Notes: generated from the letters alone by a model not told the origin. A stretch of DNA of 64,000 nt from Candidatus Eiseniibacteriota bacterium (GCA_965224245.1 OZ245046.1:1024001-1088000), one strand, 5' to 3'; shown: positions 47,561 through 57,497, numbered from the stretch's first letter. Numbers and translations are program-made.

Positions 47561-48378
47561 GCTCGGTTCCGTCCGACAGTCACGTCGGTGCACGCCGTCG
47601 CTTTCTCGCGCTGGCTCTCGGTCTCCTCGACGACGACGAGGAGGCATCCGTGCGCGCGCATCTGACCGAGTGCGCGCCGTGCGACGCACGGTGGCGCACG
47701 TTCTCCGACGAGGACGAGCGTGACGAGCCCGGCCCGAGGCACATCCCGCCCAGGATGCTGGCACGCTGGCCGGTGGCCGTGCGCGATCTGAACGGGCTGG
47801 AGCGAGAGATGGTAATGCAGCACGTTGCCGGCTGTGGGACGTGTCGCTCGGATCTCGCCTTTCTCGGTCACGCACCGACGCTGGATCGTGTGGCCGACCC
47901 GCCGGTGGCGCCGTCATCGGCGCGTCGTGTCCTCGATCGGATCCGCGAGGTCATCGCACTCGCCGTCCTGGAGCCGCTCCCGGTATCGGTGTCACGGGGA
48001 TCGACCGTCGCCGCAGACGAGCGCACGGCGGGGCTCGATGCCTACGCGGGCGGTGATCATGTCCAGGCCGTCGAGCTCCTGGAGTCCGTGCTGCGGTCGG
48101 CTCCCGAAGACGCCGAGGCCGCTCTGTATCTCGGATCGGCCCTCATGCTGTCCGAGCGTACGGCCGACGCGATCCCGATCCTCGAGGAGGCCGCCGCGCG
48201 CGCACCCCGGGGCCGTGCGGCGGACGAGCTCCGATGGCAGCTCGCGCAGGCGTGCCTCGCCTCGGGGGAGCGCGCGCTCGCACGCCGGGCCCTGGAGGAC
48301 GTGGTGACCGCCGGCGGCCGGCACCGCGAGGCCGCGAGGCGGCTGCTCGACCGGCTGCCATCCGGCCCCACCGCATGA
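47557..48378 (+). CDS. Soluble anti-sigma-like protein with two HxxxCxxC zinc fingers and C-terminal TPRs
   Basis: HLTECAPC and HVAGCGTC; VSRG linker; TPR helices (AALYLGSAL, LRWQLAQA); no TM segment; GTGA overlap with the sigma gene. Confidence 0.82.
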   Translation: MSSVPSDSHVGARRRFLALALGLLDDDEEASVRAHLTECAPCDARWRTFSDEDERDEPGPRHIPPRMLARWPVAVRDLNGLEREMVMQHVAGCGTCRSDLAFLGHAPTLDRVADPPVAPSSARRVLDRIREVIALAVLEPLPVSVSRGSTVAADERTAGLDAYAGGDHVQAVELLESVLRSAPEDAEAALYLGSALMLSERTADAIPILEEAAARAPRGRAADELRWQLAQACLASGERALARRALEDVVTAGGRHREAARRLLDRLPSGPTA

Positions 48379-51146
48379 CACGCGGAGGAGCAGGCGACGA
48401 TCTGGCGCCTCTCCGAGAAGCGGATCGCCTCACCGAGCGCTACACCGCTCACTACCGCCGAAGTGAGTTCACCGAGGCACTCGATCTCGCGCGACGACAG
48501 CTCGAGCTCCTCCGCGAGCACCTGGAGCCGCGCCACCCGCGGATCGCCGACACGCTGAACGACATCGGACTCTTCTGCCAGGATCTCGGTCGCTACGACG
48601 AAGCGGTGGAGCTGACGGCGACGGCGCTCGAGATGCGGCGCGAGGTGCTGGGAGCGGGTCACCCCGACGTGGCCGAGAGCTGGAACAATCTGGCGCGACT
48701 CCACTGGCTGCGCGGAGAGTTCGACGAGGTGCTGCCGGCGCTGACGAGCGCGGTCGCAATCTGGCGCGCCATCGACGACGAATCCGAGCGAGTCGCCCTG
48801 GGACTCCACAACCTGGCCCGTCTCCATCACGATCTCGGTGACTTCGTCACCGCCGAGCCCCTGTATCGGCGCTCGCTGGCGCTCCGGCTCGGAATGAACG
48901 ATCGCACGGCGATCGTGTCGACCATGGCCTCGCTGGCCCGGTTGCTCATCGACGCCGGGGATCTCGCGGGTGCCGAGGAGCTGCTGCGAGAGGCTCATCC
49001 GATCGCGCGTGCGCTGGCCGACGACACGCCTCACATCTACCCGTTCACGATCGGCGCGCTGGCCACTCTGCTCAGCACGCGAGGCGCGCTCGAGGAGGCG
49101 GCCGCACTGCGGGAGGAGGAGGTCGCGTGCGCACGATCCCTGGGTGATGATCGAGTCAACCTGGCAACCGCGCTCGTCAATCAGGCGGTCGTTCTGTGTG
49201 ACCGGGGCGACTTCGACGCGGCCGAGCCGCTCTTGACCCGCGCGCTCGAGATACGGACCGCCACGCTCGGCGCGCACCATCCCGAGACCGCGCCCTGTCT
49301 CGCCGGACTCGCGAAGATCCTCGATGCACGCGGGGATCTCGGCGGCGCGGCCGCTCTCCTGCGTGACGCCCTCGAGCACTTCGAATCGGGCCCGGACGTG
49401 GCCCATCCCTTTTCGATTCGCACGCGGATGTTGCTGGCGCGGATCCTCGACGCGGACGGGGATCTCGAGGGTGCGGCGATCGTGCTCGAGGGCGCGTGCC
49501 GTCGCTTCGAGCTCGCCCGACCGCGGGCGGGTCACGGGATCGAACGGGCCACCTTCGTCGAGGAGCCGTACACGCATCTCGCGGACGTGTGTCTCCGGAC
49601 AGAGCGTCCGGCCGAGGCCTGGCAGGCGGCCGAACGATCCCGGGCCAGGGTGCTCGCCGATCTTCTCGTACAAGCGAACCATCGTCCGCTGACGAGCGCG
49701 GAGGCGGAGCGCGAGCGCGAGCTCGCGGCGGAGGAAGCCGCGATCGAGACCCAGGTGGAGGCCCTGGCGATCGGTGACCAGCGTGCCACTGAGCGACTCG
49801 GTGTGCTGCGCACGCGGCTCCTCGAGGCACAGGCGCAGCGAGGAGAGTTCCAGCGGGAGCTCATGGAACGCTATCCACTCGCGCATGGTCGCCCCGTCGA
49901 CTTCGAGCGGCTCCAGGAGGTCCTCGCGCCCGATCAGGCGATGGTCGGCTGGCTCGAGGTGACGGACCGCAGCGGAAGACGTCGCAGCTGGGGATACGTC
50001 GTACGCTCTCGCGGGGCCGTGAGCTGGGTACCGCTACCCGACGAGGCGGGCAGCGACGCGCCACGCCAGTGGCGGGACCGGCTCCTCCGGGATCGCGAGT
50101 CGGCGCTCGGAGTCGACGCGGACCCCGGGCTCGACGCGCTGTCGCACTCGATGTATCGCGTATGGATCGAGCCGCTGATGTCCGGCCTCCGCGATTGCCG
50201 CGCAGTCGTCGTCATCCCGTCGGGGTCGATGGCCAACGTGCCCGTGGAGGCGCTCCTCGCGGACGATGGCGAGACTCTCGGCGATCGGTTCGTGGTCACC
50301 TATGCGCCTTCGGCGACCGTCCACGCGTGGCTCGACGAGCGGCCGCCAACGGACGCCCCGCCCGGAACGGCGCTTCTCGTCGGGGACCCGGTCTTCCATC
50401 GCGACGACCTCGCCGGCGATGGATCCGCACCGCGCGGACGTGGGCGCGGGGACGCCACACCGCCGCGATCGGGTCGACTACGCCGGCTTCGATGGTCGCG
50501 CGAAGAGGTCATGCGATCGGCGGCGGTCTTCCCGGAGACCCGCGTCCTGCTCGGACCGGAAGCGTCGGAGCGAAACCTCCGGTCGATGGCCACTCGAGAC
50601 GAGCTCGCCCGGTACGACGTGATCCACCTGGCCACCCATGCCATGATCGACCATGAGCGCCCGGCCCGCTCGTCTCTCGTGTTGTCGCAGGTCGATCTGC
50701 CCGATCCGGTCGAGCAGGCACTTCTGGGGCAGCCGGTCGAACGCGGGTTCACGACCGCCGCCGACGTCTTGCGCGAGTGGCGACTGGATGCGCGGTTGAT
50801 CTCGCTCAGCGCGTGCGAGTCGGGTGTCGGCCGGCAGGTGGCGGGAGAGGGGATGGTCGGGTTCGTGCAGGCCTTTCTCGCCGCTGGAGCACGGAGCGTG
50901 CTCGTGAGCCTGTGGCCTGTCGACGACGAGGCCACGGCGCTTCTGATCTCCCGGTTTCACTCGAATCTCGCCGGTGTCGACGGCGCACCGCCCTCACCCG
51001 GACCGGAAGCGCTGCAGGAGGCGCGTCGCTGGCTGCGCACGTGGGAAGACGACCACGGATGGAGACCCTTCGCGCATCCCTACTACTGGGCCTCCTTCAT
51101 CCTGTTCGGGGTCGCCGCGGGGCCCGACGCGTCGCGGCCGTCGTAG
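48375..51146 (+). CDS. TPR-repeat CHAT-domain (caspase/separase-like) cysteine protease
   Basis: N-terminal kinesin-light-chain-type TPRs (HPDVAESWNNLA); CHAT motifs VIHLATHA (His), LSACESG (Cys), VSLWPVDD, HPYYWASF; ATGA overlap. Confidence 0.92.
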   Translation: MTRGGAGDDLAPLREADRLTERYTAHYRRSEFTEALDLARRQLELLREHLEPRHPRIADTLNDIGLFCQDLGRYDEAVELTATALEMRREVLGAGHPDVAESWNNLARLHWLRGEFDEVLPALTSAVAIWRAIDDESERVALGLHNLARLHHDLGDFVTAEPLYRRSLALRLGMNDRTAIVSTMASLARLLIDAGDLAGAEELLREAHPIARALADDTPHIYPFTIGALATLLSTRGALEEAAALREEEVACARSLGDDRVNLATALVNQAVVLCDRGDFDAAEPLLTRALEIRTATLGAHHPETAPCLAGLAKILDARGDLGGAAALLRDALEHFESGPDVAHPFSIRTRMLLARILDADGDLEGAAIVLEGACRRFELARPRAGHGIERATFVEEPYTHLADVCLRTERPAEAWQAAERSRARVLADLLVQANHRPLTSAEAERERELAAEEAAIETQVEALAIGDQRATERLGVLRTRLLEAQAQRGEFQRELMERYPLAHGRPVDFERLQEVLAPDQAMVGWLEVTDRSGRRRSWGYVVRSRGAVSWVPLPDEAGSDAPRQWRDRLLRDRESALGVDADPGLDALSHSMYRVWIEPLMSGLRDCRAVVVIPSGSMANVPVEALLADDGETLGDRFVVTYAPSATVHAWLDERPPTDAPPGTALLVGDPVFHRDDLAGDGSAPRGRGRGDATPPRSGRLRRLRWSREEVMRSAAVFPETRVLLGPEASERNLRSMATRDELARYDVIHLATHAMIDHERPARSSLVLSQVDLPDPVEQALLGQPVERGFTTAADVLREWRLDARLISLSACESGVGRQVAGEGMVGFVQAFLAAGARSVLVSLWPVDDEATALLISRFHSNLAGVDGAPPSPGPEALQEARRWLRTWEDDHGWRPFAHPYYWASFILFGVAAGPDASRPS

Positions 51147-51152
51147 GTCGAC

Positions 51153-51806
51153 CTACTCGTACTCGGTGACGACGATACGACCGGTGCCGACCTGGGCCAC
51201 GATGCGTCCGTCCGTGCCGCTTCCGATGACCCCGTCGACGAGAGTCCGGGTGACCGTGCCGTCGACCGGAAACGACACGCTGGCGCTCCCCACTCCGACG
51301 GCGAGATGCACCTCCACGTCGGTGTCCGCCGGAAGCTCGAGCCGGATGTCCCCGACGCCCGTGGCGAAGCTGCACTGTCCCGCCGCCCGGCCGGTGTAGC
51401 GGACGTTGCCCACGCCGGTGTGGAGAACCGGCCGCACACCGTCCGGAACCGTCACGTCGAGATCCACCGAGGTGTTCCGGACACCGTCCGGAACGGTCGT
51501 GATGACGTGAAGGCCCCGCTCGAGCTCGAGGATCTCGACGTCGATGTCGGAGAGATCCTCCGCCCGGGCCGCCCGCTTCGTGACGGTGACCCGCATGACC
51601 CCGTCCTCTCCGGGCCTCACCGTCACCGTTCCAGCGAAGTTGCTGACCTGGATCAGATCGGGAGACTCGAACTCGACGCTCGTTTCGCTCGTCTCGGAGA
51701 CCTTCGGGGTGGGGCGCGTGACGCTTGCGTCATCGCCACACCCGGCCAGGACCGCCGCCACGAGCCCGGCGGCGATCGACGACGTTCGCGCGATGCTCAT
51801 CGTCAT
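51153..51806 (-). CDS. Lipoprotein with DUF4097/adhesin-like beta-solenoid repeats
   Basis: Lipobox VLAGC; repeated TGVGNV / TGVGDI / VGVGSA / VGTGRI units. Confidence 0.75.
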   Translation of the reverse strand: MTMSIARTSSIAAGLVAAVLAGCGDDASVTRPTPKVSETSETSVEFESPDLIQVSNFAGTVTVRPGEDGVMRVTVTKRAARAEDLSDIDVEILELERGLHVITTVPDGVRNTSVDLDVTVPDGVRPVLHTGVGNVRYTGRAAGQCSFATGVGDIRLELPADTDVEVHLAVGVGSASVSFPVDGTVTRTLVDGVIGSGTDGRIVAQVGTGRIVVTEYE

Positions 51807-51838
51807 ACCTCTCTCTGCTCGTCCCTCACCGACGGCGT

Positions 51839-52594
51839 TCAGCGCGCCGACGGGCGCCCACGACCGAAGAGAACGCCGAAGGAGACGGTCACCTCCGGCC
51901 CGCTGTAGTTGCGATGGCTCCCGATCTGCTGGTCGAAGTCCGCGACGAAGTCGTAGCCACCCGCCACCCCGGCGCGGAAGCGACTGCCGAGGAAGAAGTC
52001 CACGCCCACACCGACGCGAGCGCCGGGAGCACTCTCCGAGAAGGTCTCCACCGCGGCTGCTCCGGTCTCCACGCGACTGTTCGTCGCCGAGCCGAAGAAC
52101 GGCCCCACGGCGATCGAGCCATACGGACGGACGTCGCGCGTCAGGGCGAGCGGCGGCGGGTAGTAGGAGAGTCCGACGAGCACCGCCGTCACCGCGGCGG
52201 ACTCCGAGACGACCTCGCCGGCCTCGACGTCGCTGGTCGCACCGGCGTCGATGAGATTGATGGATACGCCGAGGTTCCAGTCCTGCCTCGCCCAGTATCG
52301 GTAGGAGATCGACGCGACGGCGCCCGCGTCGCGGGCCTCCGAGCGAACACCACCCCGGGAGACGTCGTGGCGGATGGTCACGCTGCTCAGCGTTCCGGCA
52401 GCGAGCGAGAGCCCGTGGCGGCCCTCGAGGAGGAGGAGGTCGGCCCCGCGGGCGTCGGCTCCCGTCGTCCCGGCACGCGCCGGCGCCGGCGAGACGATCG
52501 AGCACGCGAGAAGCGCAAACGCGCAGATCGCACACGCACGGGCCGCGCAGGTGCGGAGCGCGCACGACAGGGGGAACGATGGAGACCGGAACAT
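51839..52594 (-). CDS. Outer-membrane beta-barrel protein (OmpA/OmpW-like 8-strand)
   Basis: Signal peptide; alternating amphipathic strands; RPYGSIAVG; C-terminal strand VTVSFGVLFG. Confidence 0.75.
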   Translation of the reverse strand: MFRSPSFPLSCALRTCAARACAICAFALLACSIVSPAPARAGTTGADARGADLLLLEGRHGLSLAAGTLSSVTIRHDVSRGGVRSEARDAGAVASISYRYWARQDWNLGVSINLIDAGATSDVEAGEVVSESAAVTAVLVGLSYYPPPLALTRDVRPYGSIAVGPFFGSATNSRVETGAAAVETFSESAPGARVGVGVDFFLGSRFRAGVAGGYDFVADFDQQIGSHRNYSGPEVTVSFGVLFGRGRPSAR

Positions 52595-52684
52595 CGCGAG
52601 CCTCCTTGCGGCTGGCGGCGGCGGCCATCACCGCAGGCGGGATAGCCGATCAGATCTCCCACGCGACTACGGAGAGGCCGAGGT

Positions 52685-52990
52685 TTGGGTTCGCCGACTC
52701 TCGTCTCTGAACGACGTTCGGGCCGCGGGGCGGTCAGAGCGACGGCGGCGGGCTCCACGTCCGGACGGCTCAGCCGAAGGATCAGGCGCCTGCCGCCGGA
52801 GCCACGTGCGCGGTCTTCCATCGCGGCGGAGGACAGTGCGACCAGGACCTTCCGGTCTGAGTCCGGCTTCGGCCGGTTCGCCTGCCATGCCTCTCTCGAA
52901 GCCGACTCGGTCGACCTGGTGTCCGTGGAGGGCACGCAGACGCCGACCCGCCGACGCACGTGGAGTCAGATCAAGAGCTACCACGACTAG
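52685..52990 (+). pseudogene. Possible gene remnant ending in the TWxxIK motif
   Basis: The frame ends TPTRRRTWSQIKSYHD*, but no clear start or signal peptide is present. Confidence 0.4.
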
Positions 52991-53217
52991 CATCTCGTGC
53001 TCTCGTCGACAGCTCCTTCCCCCTTTTTCTTCTCCTGCGCGTTCAGTCCACGAATGCACATGTACGGGTGGACATTGCTCCCATCACCGTCGGGGATCGG
53101 CGGTGGTTCGGCCCAAAGAGAGAAGAGGTCCGACCGAGTGGGGCGGTCGAGACGTGGCGTCCTCCGTTGCCGGAGCTCTGGTGCACGGCTGGACCACGCG
53201 GTCACAGGAGGCAACCC

Positions 53218-54700
53218 ATGTGCATTCCGACAATCGAAGGTGCGCATACGACAGCGAGGATCATGGCCAGCGCGGTGTCGATCCTGCTGGCGGCGCTCCC
53301 GGCCTCCGCCGCCGTCGACGGCACGATCGTCGACGCGGCAGTGGCCCGTGGGACGACGGTTGCGAGAGGGGCGGGTTCGGGGGTCTGCACCTTCGCGGAC
53401 GTGAGCCTGTACCCCGCGGAGGCGAGTGTCGTCTCGGTCGCGATCGGAGACGTCGATGGGGACCACGTCGTGGACATGGTCGCGGGTGTCGGTGTCTACG
53501 ATGGCGGCGACGAGGAGCCCGGCCGCGAGGGAGCCGACCCCACCGCCAGATATCGGCCGGACGCGGCCGTGTTTCCAGGCCTCGGAGATGGCACCTTCGG
53601 TCCGGCCCGCCTGGTCGATCTCGGAGGGCTGGGCCGGGGTGCGGACGTCACGCTCGCCGACGTGAACGGCGACGGCATCCTGGACCTGTTGGCGGGCTAC
53701 GGCCGCCATGTCGACGTGCGCACGGACGTCCACCTGGGTCAGGGCGATGCGACCTTCGTGCTCGCGGCCTCGTACGACTCCGTGGGGCCTCCGCACGTGG
53801 CCGGGGATCTGAACGGCGACGACGTCCAGGATCTGGTCGGCGTGGACGAAGGAGGGGTCGTCGGGGTGCGACTCGGATCCGGAGATGGATCGTTCGGTGG
53901 GGCGAGCTACTACGAATCCGGTGCGCTCTCCTCCAGAGTGCTCGATCTGGGGGATCTGAATGGTGACGGGGCTCCCGACTTGGTCGTGGGCGGTCACCAC
54001 TCGGGGGCCCGCGGCATCGCGATTGTGCTCGGTCGGGGGGATGGGTCGTTTGCTGGAGCCGTCTTCCACTCCTTCCCGGTGAGCGTGTTCGTCGTTGGGA
54101 TCCGAATCGCGGACTTCGACCGGGATGGCATCGCGGACATCGCACTCGTGGGCGCATACTCGCCCGAGGGCATCCTGCTCATCGGGCTCGGAGACGGCGC
54201 GCTGTTCTGGACGCACTACTTCGAGACCGGAGGAGCCCGGGGTCAGCTCGAGGTCGAGGACCTGAACTGCGACGGGCTCCTGGATGTCGCCATCCTCGAC
54301 AGTCAGACGACGGGCGAACCCACCCGGGTGGCCATCCTGTTCGGTTCCGGAGGAGAGACGTTTGCGCCTCCGGTGTTTCACACCGTCTACGCTCGCGGCG
54401 AGCTCGCGATCGCAGACCTGAACCACGACGAGATCCCCGACTTCGCGGTGGCGGGGGGGACCACCACGAGTCGCGTGTCGGTACTGCTCGGGCAGGAGGT
54501 CCGATACACGCCGGTCGAGCTGCTCGACTTCGACGTGCACGCCTCCGGAAACGGCGTGACGCTCCGCTGGGTCACCGGGTGGGAGCGCGACCTGCGTGGG
54601 TTCGACGTCACTATGGAGTGCCGGTGGCATCGGGATCTACTACATCCGGCTCACGCACGGGGACCACGAGGACACGAGCGTCGTTCAGCGGATCCGGTGA
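53218..54700 (+). pseudogene. Secreted FG-GAP/VCBS-repeat protein with disrupted C-terminal sorting domain
   Basis: SD AGGAGG; GDxNGDG..D repeats; TPVELLDF pre-CTD motif. The CTD tail GIYYIRLTHGDHEDTSVVQRIR* is out of frame (54632-54700), while the main frame runs on to 54837 into the convergent gene. Confidence 0.7.
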
Positions 54701-54718
54701 TCGGGTCGTCTCCGGCCG

Positions 54719-56164
54719 TCATTCCCGCGGAAGCGTGCCCCGGATCCGGGCCGCGACCTTCTCCGCGCCGCCGTCCATGTTGGCCAGCGTCGCCACCGTG
54801 TACCCCGCATCGGGATAGATGTCGAGAACCCCGTTGATGCCCGGGAAGCCGCCCGCGTGCCCGAACGACAGAAGACCGTCGGCGGTCCTCCGCAGCGTGA
54901 ATCCGTAGCCATAGCCCCGCGCGATCCCGGCGCGAGCGCCGCGATCGGACGTCCACGCGGTCATGAGATCCAGCGTCTCGGAGGAGACGAGTCGTCCCCC
55001 GACGAGGGCGTTCGCGAATCGCGCCAGGTCCCCGACGGTCGAGTAGCCGCCACCGGCGGGGGTGCCCTTGACCGAGTGGAGGAGCGTGTTCTCGCGAAGG
55101 TGCCCCTCGTCCTCGTAGTAGCCCACGGCCAGGTTCGGGTCGGTGCCGTCGGACTCGTAGCTGTCCGTGGCGAGCATCCCCGCGGGTCGGTAGACGTGTT
55201 CGCGGATGTAGTCGAAGTAGGTCTCGGCACTCACCGCCTCGATGATCATGCCCAGCACGAAGAAGCCCGCGTTGGAGTATGAGAACCGCGTCCCGGGGGA
55301 GAATGCGAGCGGCTCGTCCACGAAGAGCGGCAGGTAGTCCGCGGGCTCGCGGTACTCGAGCTTCGAGGCCAGCAGGAACTCCTCGGTGAAGTGCGTACCC
55401 ATTCCGGACGTGTGGGTCAGGAGATGCCGGACGGTGACGCTGTCGCGGACCTGCGGGTTGGGATAGTCTGGAAGATGCGTGCCGACGACGTCGTCCCAGC
55501 CGATCCGCCCGGCCTCGACGAGCTGAGCGACGGCCACTGCCGTGAACATCTTGTTCATGGAGCCGAGGTTGAACCGGGTGTCCACGTCGTTGGGCACGCC
55601 GCAGCGCCGGTGCGCCAGTCCCCAGGCACCCTCGAAGATCACATGACCATCGTGGGCAATGAGGGCGGTTCCCGAGAAACGTCCCTCCCCCGCGATGGAA
55701 TCGACGTAGGCACGCGTGGCCTCGACCAGCGCGTCGTCGTCTGCCGCCACGACGGGAGCGTTCTCCGGGGAGTCGGTCTCCTCGACGCGCAGCCCGTCGA
55801 TCCGATGCGGGGGATCCGCCTCGGCGCGAAGGCTCAGACGGACGTACTCGTCAGAGCGCGTCCGGCACACCACGACGATCTCGAGCTCCCGGTCGACCTC
55901 GACGACGAGCGGTTCCACTCCGGCGAGATCCTCGGCGGTCCGTCGCAGCATCGACATGCGGTCCTCGATCGAGCCCATGCTCTGGATCCGATCACTCAGC
56001 TGCGTCGTGACGAACGCGCGAACCCGGTCGTCGTCGGCGGGGTGGACGAGCGTGGTCAGCCAGCTCGACATCAGTCGTCCGGCCACGGTCTGGGGCAGAT
56101 CGACGGCCACCGCCGGGAGCACGACGGTGAGCAGCACCGCGGTCGACAAGAGCATTTTCTTCAC
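54719..56164 (-). CDS. Secreted serine hydrolase, beta-lactamase/AmpC-like family
   Basis: SxxK in GSMNKMF; LLTHTSG; YSN; FGHAGG; signal peptide; GTG start after GGAGG. Confidence 0.9.
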   Translation of the reverse strand: MKKMLLSTAVLLTVVLPAVAVDLPQTVAGRLMSSWLTTLVHPADDDRVRAFVTTQLSDRIQSMGSIEDRMSMLRRTAEDLAGVEPLVVEVDRELEIVVVCRTRSDEYVRLSLRAEADPPHRIDGLRVEETDSPENAPVVAADDDALVEATRAYVDSIAGEGRFSGTALIAHDGHVIFEGAWGLAHRRCGVPNDVDTRFNLGSMNKMFTAVAVAQLVEAGRIGWDDVVGTHLPDYPNPQVRDSVTVRHLLTHTSGMGTHFTEEFLLASKLEYREPADYLPLFVDEPLAFSPGTRFSYSNAGFFVLGMIIEAVSAETYFDYIREHVYRPAGMLATDSYESDGTDPNLAVGYYEDEGHLRENTLLHSVKGTPAGGGYSTVGDLARFANALVGGRLVSSETLDLMTAWTSDRGARAGIARGYGYGFTLRRTADGLLSFGHAGGFPGINGVLDIYPDAGYTVATLANMDGGAEKVAARIRGTLPRE

Positions 56165-56356
56165 GTCGCATCCTCCAGACGGGCGTCGACCATCCGTCGG
56201 AACCGACCGGCACCGCGCCGACGTTCGGACCACTCGAGCGCGTGTCGTAGACTGCCAGGAAGACGATGCAAGTGCCAGGCCTCCAGCACCGCGTGTCGTT
56301 CTCTTGCGCCGATCGTGGCCGCGATACCCGCACGCCTGGAACGGCGGGGGAGGAGC

Positions 56357-56395
56357 AAGAAAAAGACCCCCCGACACGCTGGGTGTCGAGGGGCC
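56357..56395 (-). terminator. Rho-independent terminator
   Basis: Minus strand reads GGCCCCTCGACAC-CCAGC-GTGTCGGGGGGTC-TTTTTCTTG, just downstream of 56421-57014. Confidence 0.75.
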
Positions 56396-56420
56396 GATGA
56401 CGTGGATCGGACGCGAACGA

Positions 56421-57014
56421 TCAATAGAGCGACTTGATGCGGCTCCAGCTGGTCGACTCGACGGGAGTGGACGAGTCACCCGTGAACACGACCGTGCACA
56501 TTCCCTCGGAGTTGATCTCCACGCTGCCGCACCCCGTGACCACCGTGTTGGTCTCCATGTAGCGGAGCTCGAACGGCGACATGCGGGGCGTGAAGTCGAA
56601 CGACGCCTGGATCGGGCCCAGTCCGTGCTCGGGCAGGATCTGGAACGTCCCAACGACCTCACCGTCGATCATGAAGTTCATGTCGATGAAGCCGCAGCCC
56701 GGCGTGAGGCCGTTGCGATCGAGAAAGATCTCGATGTCGGCGTGGTCGACGGGATTGAGATCGGTGGTGTGCTCACCGTAGGCGGTGTCGCCGGCGTTCC
56801 ACCAGTGGGGGAAATACACCACGTTCCACGTGTCCGCGGGAATGCTCGGGAAGATGACGGTGCTCTCGCCGACGGCGGTTGCCCCGTGATACTCGCCCGG
56901 TACGTGCTCGACCTCGTCCTGCTGGATACCGTTGTTGTCTGCATCCGACGCGTACGCGACGCTACCGGCCACCGTCAACGCCGCCGCTAACGTGAACCCG
57001 AGAACATGACGCAT
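56421..57014 (-). CDS. Small secreted hypothetical protein with C-terminal SWxxIKxxY motif
   Basis: Signal peptide MRHVLGFTLAAALTVAGSVAYA; ends TPVESTSWSRIKSLY. Confidence 0.85.
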   Translation of the reverse strand: MRHVLGFTLAAALTVAGSVAYASDADNNGIQQDEVEHVPGEYHGATAVGESTVIFPSIPADTWNVVYFPHWWNAGDTAYGEHTTDLNPVDHADIEIFLDRNGLTPGCGFIDMNFMIDGEVVGTFQILPEHGLGPIQASFDFTPRMSPFELRYMETNTVVTGCGSVEINSEGMCTVVFTGDSSTPVESTSWSRIKSLY

Positions 57015-57497
57015 GGGAGACTCCTCTCGGTGTCAGACCTGGTACACGATCGTTCGTCGTGCACGTCCGATGAGCTCGACCCGGCCAGCGAGGCGTACCA
57101 CCACGTCGGATCGACGCTACTACACAGCCCACAATGATACCACCGTTTGGCGGGGGTGGAGCAGAGAGAAAGTCCATGCGGATTCTGCTACGTGGTGGCT
57201 CGCGGCACCCCGCCCGGCGATGACGCCGGGGAGGGGCGCGAGCGCGACGATCTCCTCGTCGGCGCGTCCGACGTCTTCCGCCACGAGAAGAGCGCGCACT
57301 TGTCCCGGTGGCGAAGCTCCGAGGCCGCGCGATCGACCGCCGGTAGAATGTCCGGCGCGAGCTTCAGGAGCAGGTCCGTCGACAGGACGCCGACGTGATC
57401 GTCGTCCGGTGTGCCCGATCTGCGCCCTGAAGGCGGCTCCCCGCAGATCGGCCTCGTCGACACGCGGATCCGCCCAGCGGTCCACCGACCGCGTCGG

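Noticed and set aside
48375-51146. Craspase / type III-E CRISPR assignment for the TPR-CHAT gene
   Set aside because: No Cas7-11, Csx30/31-like genes or CRISPR array are present in the window. Only the mechanistic analogy is retained.
57015-57497. Short ORFs between the WxxIK gene and the S9 peptidase
   Set aside because: There is no consistent frame, SD or recognisable motif. It may be a remnant but cannot be supported.
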